NCBI GenBank assembly: GCA_964400015.1
Contig: CAYNRR010000015.1
Location: forward strand, 9,184 to 33,183
DNA: 24,000 nucleotides
Reading direction: 5' to 3'
Origin: an uncultured Eubacteriales bacterium
GTDB taxonomy: Bacteria; Bacillota; Clostridia; TANB77; UBA1234
Below are positions 16,575 to 24,000 of this stretch, piece by piece (the stretch's first letter is position 1; each line of letters starts with the position of its first letter). The notes under the pieces are model-generated. The model saw only the letters and a program-made list of their open reading frames with translations, was not told where the DNA came from and made no database searches. Made by a program: the position numbers and the translations under genes.

Positions 16575-19500
16575 GTGAATAATAACGAAATAAATTGGGA
16601 AGAGGTTGTCGATTTTTTTGCAAAAAAATATGTTTCAATTAAGGCAGCTCTTGCCGGTAGTAATATAGATGTTCAAGGAGATAATGTTTGTGTTAATTTG
16701 AAGTCTAAAAGCAAATTTATGCTTGAACAACGAAATTCTAATAAGTTAATTGAAGAATATATTAAAAATTCTTTTGGAAGAATTGTAAACGTTTCTTTTA
16801 AAGAGCAAGAAATTGTTGAAGATTCTTTAAGTAAGGAACAAGAAATTATTAGAAATTTAATGGAAAAGAATAAACAAGAACTTGCAGAAAGAGCCAAAGA
16901 AGCACCTAAAAAAGTGTCTCATTCATCAACGTCTAATCAATTACAAGGTACAAATTATCAATCAGCAAAAACGGTGCAAGGAAATTCAAGTGCACAGTCA
17001 TCAAATGTTCCGATGAGCTCGCTTGATTATGCTACATCTCAAGGTGGAACTAATTCAACTAATCAAGCCGATACTGCAAATGCTCCAAAAGATACTTTTA
17101 AAGGAAATAGCAAAAGAGGTATGCAATTTGTTAAAGATCCTGAAAAACTTCTTTTTAAAGGATGGAAAGTTCCTTCAAATCCGAGAGAAACAAAGATTGC
17201 AAATCTTTCGCCAGAACAAAATGAAATTATTTTAAACGGTAAAATTAGTAATTATGATAGTAGAGAAACAAAGAATGGTGGCTTTCTAATATCTTTTGAT
17301 ATGTATGATGGTACTAGTTCTATAAATATAAAGTCATTTTTGAAAGCAAATGAGTATGGTGAAGTACATCCAAAGATGAAAGGGCTTGCAGCAGCAAGAA
17401 TTGTGGGTACATATGAATATAATGCATTTTCAAAGGAGTTTGGAGTAATTGCGAGTATCATAGAGGAAAGTGAATATGAAGAAAAGAAAAGAATGGATAA
17501 TTCAGAAGAAAAACGTGTTGAACTTCATCTGCATACTCAAATGAGCCAAATGGATGCAATTTCATCTGCTACTGATTTGATAAAAACGGCTATAAAATGG
17601 GGACATAAAGCTGTTGCAATAACAGATCATGGTGTCGCTCAAAGTTATCCTGAAGCGAAGAAAGCTGCGAAAGATTCTGATATAAAAGTTATTTACGGTG
17701 TAGAAGCTTATTTGTGTCCAGATAATGTTACTTCGGTTTATGACGCGAAAAGCACGGAGCCTTTGGACGATTTAACATATTGCATTTTGGATATTGAAAC
17801 AACAGGTCTTTCAAGGCAAACAGAAAAAATCACGGAATTTGGAATTATGAAAATGAAAAATGGTGAAATTATAGATACATTTGAATGTTTTGTAAATCCA
17901 GAAAAACCAATACCACAAAAGGTTGTCGAAGTTACTCATATTACAGACGATATGGTTAAAGATGCCGAAACGATAGACAAGGTTATGCCAAAAGTAATTG
18001 AATTTGTTGGGGATAGTATAGTTGTTGCACACAATGCAAACTTTGATGTTGGATTTATAAGATATAATGCTGAATTGCTTGGTTTAAAATTTGATAATTC
18101 TTTCATAGATACAGTTGCACTGGCAAAGGAACTTTTCCCTGATATGAAAAAATACAAGCTTGGATACATCGCTGAGCATTTAAATATAAAGGTTGATGTC
18201 GCACACAGAGCATTAGCAGATGTTGAAACTTTAGTTGCTGTATTTAAAGTTATGCTTGATCATATTCGTGAAAAAGAAATTACTACTTTGAATGACATTG
18301 ATGTAAAGCTAGCTCAAGATGTTAATTTTAAAACATTGCCAACATATCATGCAGTAATACTTGCATCTAACAAGGTGGGACTAAAAAATTTATATAAACT
18401 AATTTCGTATTCTCATGTTGATTATTTTTATAAAAAGCCAAGAATTTTAAAAAGTTTGCTAATGAAACATTCTGAAGGTTTGATTTTAGGAAGTGCTTGT
18501 GAGCAAGGAGAACTTTTTAGAGCTATAGTTGATGGTAAATCAGAAGAAGATCTAGAATCTATTGCAGATTTTTATGATTATTTAGAAATTCAACCTATTG
18601 GCAATAATATGTTTATGGTTCGCAATGGAACAGTTCCAGATGTAAAAACATTGGAAGACTTTAATAAAAAAATTGTTGAACTTGGTGAAAAATTAAATAA
18701 ACCTGTTGTTGCAACTTGCGATGTTCATTTCTTAAATCCAGAAGATGAAATTTATAGAAGAATTTTGCAAGCTGGTCAAGGTTATGATGATGCTGATGAA
18801 CAAGCACCATTATATTTTAGAACAACTGAAGAAATGCTTAAAGAGTTTACGTATTTGGGCGAAGAAAAAGCGTATGAAGTTGTTGTAACAAATACAAACA
18901 AAATAGCAGATATGTGCGAAAAAATAAATCCAATTGCAGATTATAAAGCAACGCCACACATTGATGGTTGTGAAGAAACAATTAGAAATATAACGATGAA
19001 ACGTGCTATCGAATTATATGGTGATCCGTTGCCTGAAATTGTTCAAGCTCGTATAGATAAGGAACTTGAATCAATTATAAAAAATGGATTCTCTGTTATG
19101 TACATTATCGCACAAAAACTAGTTAATAAATCAAATGAAGATGGTTATTTGGTTGGTTCGAGAGGATCTGTTGGTTCATCATTTGTTGCTAACATGACGG
19201 GTATTACAGAAGTTAATTCACTTCAACCACATTACAGATGTCCAAACTGCAAATATTCGGATTTTACAGATTATAATATAAAAAATGGGTTTGACCTTCC
19301 AGACAAAGAATGTCCTAAATGTGGAACTATGCTAGAAAAAGATGGTATGGATATTCCATTTGAAACATTCTTAGGTTTCGATGGGGATAAAGAACCCGAC
19401 ATAGACTTAAACTTTTCTGGTGAATATCAAGCCAAAGCACATAAATACACAGAAGTAATATTCGGTAAAGGCACAACTTTCAAAGCTGGAACAATTGGTA

Positions 19501-20825
19501 CAATTGCCGATAAAACAGCATTTGGATATGTAAAAAAATATTACGAAGAAAGACATATACCGATAAACAATGCAGAAATTTCAAGAATTGCGATAGGATG
19601 TACAGGAGTAAAAAGAACAAGTGGGCAACATCCAGGTGGAATTATAGTAGTGCCAACAGGTAATGAAATATATGAATTCTGTCCAGTACAACATCCAGCA
19701 GATGATGCAGAATCAAATATTATCACAACACATTTTGATTATCACTCAATAGATCAAAACCTTTTAAAACTAGATATATTAGGGCATGATGATCCGACAA
19801 TGATAAGAATGTTACAAGATTTAACTGACGTGGATCCACAAAAAATTCCACTAGATGATAAAGAAACTATGTCAATCTTTTCATCAACAAAGGCATTAGG
19901 TGTTACACCAGATCAGATCCATTCAGAAGTTGGTACATTTGGTGTCCCAGAGTTTGGAACAAAGTTTGTTCGTGGAATGTTAGTAGACACAAAGCCAACA
20001 AAATTTGAAGAGTTGCTAAGAATTTCAGGATTATCACATGGTACAGACGTTTGGCTAAACAACGCGCAAACGCTTATTCAAGAAGGCACAATTACACTGG
20101 AAGACGCAATATGTACCAGAGATGACATAATGATATATTTGATAAAGCAAGGATTGCCACCAAAACCTTCATTTAAAATAATGGAGAGTGTTCGTAAAGG
20201 AAGAGGATTATCAGAAGAACAAGAAGCGTTGATGCGTGAAAACAATGTTCCAGAATGGTATATATCTTCATGTAAAAAAATAAAATATATGTTCCCAAAA
20301 GCGCATGCTGCAGCATATGTAACCATGGCATTTAGAATTGCGTGGTTTAAAGTTCATATACCTATAGCATATTATGCAGCCTTTTTCTCAATAAGAGCAG
20401 ATGAATTTGAAAGCGATTCAATGATTTATGGAAAAGAAAAAGTAATAAACAAGATGAGAGAAATAGATTTGCAAGGAAACAACGCTTCTCCTAAAGACAA
20501 AAATATGTACTCAGTATTGGAAATAGTGTTAGAAATGTATGAAAGAGGAATCGAATTTTTACCAATAGATTTATATAAATCCGATGCAAAAAAATTCTTA
20601 ATAGAAGATGGAAAAATTCGTCCACCACTAAATAGTATTGCCGGACTTGGAACGGTTGCAGCAGAAAATATACAACAAGCTAGAAACACAGGAGGACAAT
20701 TTATGTCTATCGAAGAATTAAAATTAAGATCAGGAGTTGGCAAATCAGTAATAGAATTACTAAAAAACGCTAACTGTCTAAAAGGAATGACAGAAAGTAA
20801 TCAAATGAGTTTATTTACATATTAA
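16575..20825 (+). CDS. polC: DNA polymerase III PolC-type (Gram-positive replicative polymerase with intrinsic 3'-5' exonuclease)
   Basis: 1416 aa. GTG start after GGGGGT. It has a PHP region (VELHLHTQMS), a DEDD exonuclease insert (ILDIETTGL ... VAHNANFDVGF ... HRALADV), a CPNC...CPKC zinc module and a polymerase core (GSRGSVGSS, DIDLNF). Confidence 0.97.
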   Translation: MNNNEINWEEVVDFFAKKYVSIKAALAGSNIDVQGDNVCVNLKSKSKFMLEQRNSNKLIEEYIKNSFGRIVNVSFKEQEIVEDSLSKEQEIIRNLMEKNKQELAERAKEAPKKVSHSSTSNQLQGTNYQSAKTVQGNSSAQSSNVPMSSLDYATSQGGTNSTNQADTANAPKDTFKGNSKRGMQFVKDPEKLLFKGWKVPSNPRETKIANLSPEQNEIILNGKISNYDSRETKNGGFLISFDMYDGTSSINIKSFLKANEYGEVHPKMKGLAAARIVGTYEYNAFSKEFGVIASIIEESEYEEKKRMDNSEEKRVELHLHTQMSQMDAISSATDLIKTAIKWGHKAVAITDHGVAQSYPEAKKAAKDSDIKVIYGVEAYLCPDNVTSVYDAKSTEPLDDLTYCILDIETTGLSRQTEKITEFGIMKMKNGEIIDTFECFVNPEKPIPQKVVEVTHITDDMVKDAETIDKVMPKVIEFVGDSIVVAHNANFDVGFIRYNAELLGLKFDNSFIDTVALAKELFPDMKKYKLGYIAEHLNIKVDVAHRALADVETLVAVFKVMLDHIREKEITTLNDIDVKLAQDVNFKTLPTYHAVILASNKVGLKNLYKLISYSHVDYFYKKPRILKSLLMKHSEGLILGSACEQGELFRAIVDGKSEEDLESIADFYDYLEIQPIGNNMFMVRNGTVPDVKTLEDFNKKIVELGEKLNKPVVATCDVHFLNPEDEIYRRILQAGQGYDDADEQAPLYFRTTEEMLKEFTYLGEEKAYEVVVTNTNKIADMCEKINPIADYKATPHIDGCEETIRNITMKRAIELYGDPLPEIVQARIDKELESIIKNGFSVMYIIAQKLVNKSNEDGYLVGSRGSVGSSFVANMTGITEVNSLQPHYRCPNCKYSDFTDYNIKNGFDLPDKECPKCGTMLEKDGMDIPFETFLGFDGDKEPDIDLNFSGEYQAKAHKYTEVIFGKGTTFKAGTIGTIADKTAFGYVKKYYEERHIPINNAEISRIAIGCTGVKRTSGQHPGGIIVVPTGNEIYEFCPVQHPADDAESNIITTHFDYHSIDQNLLKLDILGHDDPTMIRMLQDLTDVDPQKIPLDDKETMSIFSSTKALGVTPDQIHSEVGTFGVPEFGTKFVRGMLVDTKPTKFEELLRISGLSHGTDVWLNNAQTLIQEGTITLEDAICTRDDIMIYLIKQGLPPKPSFKIMESVRKGRGLSEEQEALMRENNVPEWYISSCKKIKYMFPKAHAAAYVTMAFRIAWFKVHIPIAYYAAFFSIRADEFESDSMIYGKEKVINKMREIDLQGNNASPKDKNMYSVLEIVLEMYERGIEFLPIDLYKSDAKKFLIEDGKIRPPLNSIAGLGTVAAENIQQARNTGGQFMSIEELKLRSGVGKSVIELLKNANCLKGMTESNQMSLFTY

Positions 20826-20842
20826 GCTAAAAGAAAAAAAGC

Positions 20843-20870
20843 TTGGAAATATCTAAGGTTATGTTATAAT
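20843..20870 (+). promoter_or_regulatory. sigma-A promoter for the DUF1294-hpf pair
   Basis: TTGGAA (20843-20848), a 16-nt spacer, then TGTTATAAT (TATAAT at 20865-20870). Confidence 0.45.
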
Positions 20871-20901
20871 AAATATGTAAGTGAGTTACGGAGGTGATAT
20901 C

Positions 20902-21288
20902 GTGATAGGAAATAGTTCGTTTTCAATTTTTGTCGATAATGTATTTGCTTTTATAGCAAAATTGTTTTCATCATTGCTTGAAAACGTAGTAAAAATAATT
21001 TTTTCTAATCATATAATAACAGTGCTTTTATTTTTTGTGTTTATAAACGCCATAGCTATTATATTGATGAAAAAAGATAAGGAGTATGCTCAAACTGGTG
21101 CAAAAAGAGTTCGCGAAAGCACATTACTTATAGTTGCATTAGTAGGTGGAGGATTAGGAGAATACTACGCGATGTACAAGTACAAGCACAAAACGTTGCA
21201 TAACAAATTTTTATATGGAGTACCAATTGCAATAATGCTTAATACGGCAATGATAACGTATTCAGTATCACTTGTACTATTTGCGTAA
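20902..21288 (+). CDS. DUF1294 family membrane protein
   Basis: ORF 20881..21288. I prefer the GTG at 20902, just after GGAGGTGA. It has the RVRESTLLIVALVGGGLGEYYAMYKYKHKTLHNKF pattern typical of DUF1294. Confidence 0.65.
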   Translation: MIGNSSFSIFVDNVFAFIAKLFSSLLENVVKIIFSNHIITVLLFFVFINAIAIILMKKDKEYAQTGAKRVRESTLLIVALVGGGLGEYYAMYKYKHKTLHNKFLYGVPIAIMLNTAMITYSVSLVLFA

Positions 21289-21314
21289 CTTATTACGATG
21301 AAGGAGGAATTAGT

Positions 21315-21851
21315 ATGAATATTAAAGTAGTAGGAAAAAATATTGAGATTACAGCAGCAATAAAAGAATATATTGAAAAAAGAGTTGAAAGACTTGAAAA
21401 ATTTGAAGGCGCTAATACTGAAATTACAGTAGTATGTAGTGTTGAAAGAGAAGAACAAATCGTTGAAATTCAAATCAATCAAAATGGCGATTTCATAAGA
21501 ATTGAAGAAAGAAACAATGACTTGTATGCATCAGTTGACTTAGCAATTGATAAAGCAGAAAGACAATTAAGAAAAGAAAAAGAAAAAAGAGTTGAAAAAA
21601 ATAGAGAAGCATCACTAAAAGAAAAAGTTTTAGGACTTTTCAAAAATGGTGGAGCAGACGACGAAAACAAAGGTAAAATAACAAAAACAAAAACTTTTGA
21701 TATTAAGCCATTAACAGTAGAAGATGCAAAATTAAAATTAGAAGACGAAAGAGACACACTATTCTTACCATTTGTAAACGTTGAAACAAATCAAGTAAAC
21801 GTTATTTATAAAAGAGATGATGGCTCATTAGGAATAGTTGTACCAGAATAA
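21315..21851 (+). CDS. hpf: ribosome hibernation promoting factor, long form (HPF/RaiA family)
   Basis: MNIKVVGKNIEIT.AIKEYIEKRV N-terminal S30AE domain, a charged linker and a C-terminal dimerisation domain (KTKTFDIKPLTVEDA...FLPFVNVETNQVNVIYKRDDGSLGIV). GAAGGAGGA upstream. Confidence 0.9.
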   Translation: MNIKVVGKNIEITAAIKEYIEKRVERLEKFEGANTEITVVCSVEREEQIVEIQINQNGDFIRIEERNNDLYASVDLAIDKAERQLRKEKEKRVEKNREASLKEKVLGLFKNGGADDENKGKITKTKTFDIKPLTVEDAKLKLEDERDTLFLPFVNVETNQVNVIYKRDDGSLGIVVPE

Positions 21852-21961
21852 AAATTTTCTAAAAAATACCATGATTAAAAAGCCGTTTTATGCACAATAT
21901 ATTATTGAAAAGATTTAAACATCTTTTTAAATAGTGTTTTAACTCTCGGAGGTGAAATAAA

Positions 21962-22162
21962 ATGGCAAAATCAACAGGTTATGAAGTTCCAGGTGCAAAA
22001 GAAGCAATGAACAAATTTAAGCAAGAAGTTGCTAGTGAAGTTGGTATTAACTTAAAACAAGGTTATAATGGAGACTTAACTTCAAAACAAGCTGGAACAA
22101 TCGGTGGAAACATGGTTAAGAAAATGATTCGCCAAGCAGAAAGCCAAATGTCTAATAAATAG
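21962..22162 (+). CDS. alpha/beta-type small acid-soluble spore protein (SASP)-like protein
   Basis: 66 aa. KQEVASEVGI and LTSKQAGTIGGNMVKKMI match the two conserved SASP blocks. CGGAGGTGA upstream. Confidence 0.8.
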   Translation: MAKSTGYEVPGAKEAMNKFKQEVASEVGINLKQGYNGDLTSKQAGTIGGNMVKKMIRQAESQMSNK

Positions 22163-22220
22163 TGTATTATTAGACCTAAGTTTGATAGGTCTATAGTATA
22201 AATTGGATAAAAAAGAAATA

Positions 22221-22260
22221 AAAGCCTAGTAAAATTATAAAAGATTTTGCTAGGTTTTTT
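22221..22260. terminator. strong rho-independent terminator (15-bp stem)
   Basis: AAAGCCTAGTAAAAT (22221-22235) pairs with ATTTTGCTAGGTTTT (22244-22258), including two G-U pairs. It has a T-run on the + strand and an A-run upstream. Confidence 0.7.
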
Positions 22261-22274
22261 CATGCGTTTCGATA

Positions 22275-22302
22275 CATTACACTAATGTTACAAATATATT
22301 AC
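22275..22302 (+). promoter_or_regulatory. three hexamer direct repeats at 11-bp phasing (possible OmpR/WalR-type response-regulator site)
   Basis: CATTAC-N5-TGTTAC-N5-TATTAC (22275-22280, 22286-22291, 22297-22302). This resembles the WalR consensus TGTWAH-N5-TGTWAH. It lies upstream of extended -10-like TGGTAAAAT (22337-22345). Confidence 0.35.
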
Positions 22303-22378
22303 ATTTTGCCATTGCTAAAAAAACATCAAACAAGTATGGTAAAATATGCGTGTATAAAAATAACATAGGAGGATTGTT

Positions 22379-22426
22379 ATGAAAAACAAATTTATAGCAT
22401 TAGTATTGATGGTTGTAACATTGATG
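22379..22426 (+). other. out-of-frame signal-peptide start of the Cys/His-rich protein gene
   Basis: AGGAGGA lies 5 nt upstream of the ATG at 22379. It encodes MKNKFIALVLMVVTLM. Removing one nt near 22427 joins it to GMTGVVYA|RQEAG in the 22431 frame. Confidence 0.6.
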
Positions 22427-22430
22427 CGGA

Positions 22431-23480
22431 ATGACAGGAGTTGTGTATGCGAGACAAGAAGCGGGAACAACAGTTGGTGGTGGAGGAAGTAGCACAACGC
22501 ATAAACATTCATATAGTTATAAGACGACGTCAGCCACGTGTACAACAGAAGGAAAAAGAGTAGGAACGTGTTCGTGTGGTGCGACTACAACAGAAACAAT
22601 ACCTAAAAAAGCTCATGTTAGTGATGGCAAGTGGCACCAAAATTCTACTAGCCACTGGAACTCGTGTACTACATGTGGTGCACAATTGAATTTTGGAGGG
22701 CATAGTGGAACTTGGTATGATGGCGGTGATGGAAAACATTATAAGAATTGTTCAACATGTGGTAAATCAAAATACACATCAGCTAATCATAATAAGGGAA
22801 GTACAAAGAAATATGAAAACGACGATAAGCACCATATGAAATGTTCTGATTGTACATATGTATGGCCGTCATCTCATGACGAAAAGCATAATTGGGCTCA
22901 TGCAGAAGGCGATCACACTTGTTCTAATTGTGGCTATGTACTATCAGGAATACATCATTATTATGATGTAGCAGGTGATGCAAAGGAATTGTATACTTGT
23001 AAGTATAATGAGAAAGGAAATCCTTGCTCATATACAATAAGTATAGATGGAACTTCTATTTCAGCTGGTTTGTCAGCTATGTGGTACTGTGCTTCTGATG
23101 CTATCGAAAAAATGAAACCCGTGCCGGCGTTTCCAAAGGGAGTACATACATTTAATTATAGTGGAACTTTATATGATTCGCCTACAGGAGGTCCATATAC
23201 AAATTTAAAAGCACCAGATTCATGGTTTAAGTTACTTGGTTGGGGACAAAAAAGTGTATACACTCACGCTATGCCTAATATAAACCGTATATATGAAAAT
23301 GCCCAAGACGAAAATGGTGATTATACTATATCTCGTGCAGAAGCAACTAGTTCTGTTCTTAATTCTTCTTATGTAAGGCTTATGCAAACAGGACCGGCTG
23401 GATATTGGGATCAGGCAGACTATAACGGTGCTCTGAATGTTGCACGAGCTCGGAATGGGAGAATTTATGCCGACCTATGA
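22431..23480 (+). CDS. Cys/His-rich tandem mini-motif protein, probably secreted; the N-terminus is disrupted by a frameshift (possible pseudogene or sequence error)
   Basis: ORF track, 349 aa. There is no Shine-Dalgarno sequence before the ATG at 22431. It has five units of the H-x(1-3)-C-x2-C ... H type, and the first unit, HKHSY...ATCTTEGKRVGTCSCGATTTETIPKKAH, matches a repeat I recall from clostridial surface proteins. Confidence 0.7.
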   Translation: MTGVVYARQEAGTTVGGGGSSTTHKHSYSYKTTSATCTTEGKRVGTCSCGATTTETIPKKAHVSDGKWHQNSTSHWNSCTTCGAQLNFGGHSGTWYDGGDGKHYKNCSTCGKSKYTSANHNKGSTKKYENDDKHHMKCSDCTYVWPSSHDEKHNWAHAEGDHTCSNCGYVLSGIHHYYDVAGDAKELYTCKYNEKGNPCSYTISIDGTSISAGLSAMWYCASDAIEKMKPVPAFPKGVHTFNYSGTLYDSPTGGPYTNLKAPDSWFKLLGWGQKSVYTHAMPNINRIYENAQDENGDYTISRAEATSSVLNSSYVRLMQTGPAGYWDQADYNGALNVARARNGRIYADL

Positions 23481-24000
23481 GTTTGATGGTAAAACATTTA
23501 AAGTAGATTATTCCTCTTTAGGAAATGGTGGATGGGGATTTAAAGGAAGTCCATTTTTCCCTAACGATGATTTATACAGAAATGGTTCAGTATCAAAAGA
23601 AGGACCAATTGAAATAAGAGCGAATGTATATTACTGTTACAGAACTAAAGACAAAAATGGCAAATGGGTAGAAATACCTAAAAATGGTTACCCTACTGGG
23701 CTTGTGAAACATTCTTCTGTAGTTATATATAGTTCAGGCTTTAAGACACAACAAGTTACAGTAAATGCAGACATGAATTTAATAGACAAAACAGGATATA
23801 GATATGTAGGGTATTCTAAGAGTGTAGGTTCGCTGAATAACATTAAAGTAGGTTCAAATCCAACGACTTATAAAGAATCTTTGGCTACAGTTACTTTAAA
23901 TGGTGATTATAATAATAATGCAACTGCCGCAATAATAACCTTTTATGTCGAACCCGTAAAACTATCATGGGGTCAACAAGCAATAAACTATAACGGAGAC
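23467..24000 (+). CDS. hypothetical protein, 3'-truncated by the window edge; overlaps the upstream gene by 14 nt
   Basis: The ATG at 23467 lies inside ATGCCGACCTATGA. The frame is open for 178 codons to the window end (MPTYEFDGKTFKVDYSSLGNGGWGF...). It is absent from the ORF track, probably because there is no stop in the window. No signal peptide. Confidence 0.55.
   Translation, partial: MPTYEFDGKTFKVDYSSLGNGGWGFKGSPFFPNDDLYRNGSVSKEGPIEIRANVYYCYRTKDKNGKWVEIPKNGYPTGLVKHSSVVIYSSGFKTQQVTVNADMNLIDKTGYRYVGYSKSVGSLNNIKVGSNPTTYKESLATVTLNGDYNNNATAAIITFYVEPVKLSWGQQAINYNGD

Noticed and set aside
21852-21961. A search for a sigma-G/sigma-F type forespore promoter upstream of the SASP gene.
   Set aside because: I found no convincing match to the -35 and -10 elements of forespore promoters at correct spacing by eye, so I make no promoter call here.
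22171-22193. The hairpin TAGACCT-aagtttga-AGGTCTA just after the SASP stop codon, considered as the terminator.
   Set aside because: No T-run follows it. The 15-bp-stem hairpin at 22221-22260 with a T-run is the better terminator. The first hairpin may simply be a stabilising stem.
22315-22545. A 76-aa minus-strand ORF overlapping the promoter and 5' end of the Cys/His protein gene; also 22063..22263 (-), which overlaps the SASP gene.
   Set aside because: These are AT-rich antisense shadow frames without ribosome-binding sites, and they overlap well-supported plus-strand features.

Overview
This is an AT-rich, Firmicute-type (Clostridia/Tissierellia-like) chromosomal window, mostly housekeeping genes on the + strand. 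In order: a CMP-kinase-like NTPase, an HD-domain protein, the hrcA-grpE-dnaK-dnaJ heat-shock operon behind two tandem CIRCE operators, rsmE, a polytopic membrane protein, yicC, remA (DUF370), rpoZ, secA, prfB (canonical CUU UGA C +1 frameshift), polC, a DUF1294 membrane protein, long-form hpf and an alpha/beta-type SASP. Three regions are non-core. (i) An 860-bp islet between secA and prfB is bracketed by a perfect 37-bp direct repeat of the secA terminator. It carries a consensus promoter and a 129-aa nuclease-fold-like ORF with no protein partner. Directly 3' of that ORF sit a second promoter, a structured ~130-nt RNA and a terminator. This is my best candidate for an undescribed toxin/RNA-type module. 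(ii) An orphan ~240-nt G-rich, GGA-dense RNA gene candidate lies on the - strand between prfB and polC. (iii) A right-edge accessory locus encodes a secreted protein with five tandem His/Cys mini-motifs, preceded by 11-bp-phased direct repeats and followed by an overlapping ORF that runs off the window. Two reading-frame breaks (the secA C-terminal zinc motif and the signal peptide of the Cys/His protein) are each repaired by deleting one C immediately 5' of GGAA. I saw no rRNA, tRNA, CRISPR array, transposase or integrase. All calls come from reading the sequence and the ORF track only; no database search or folding program was available, and start codons are best guesses.
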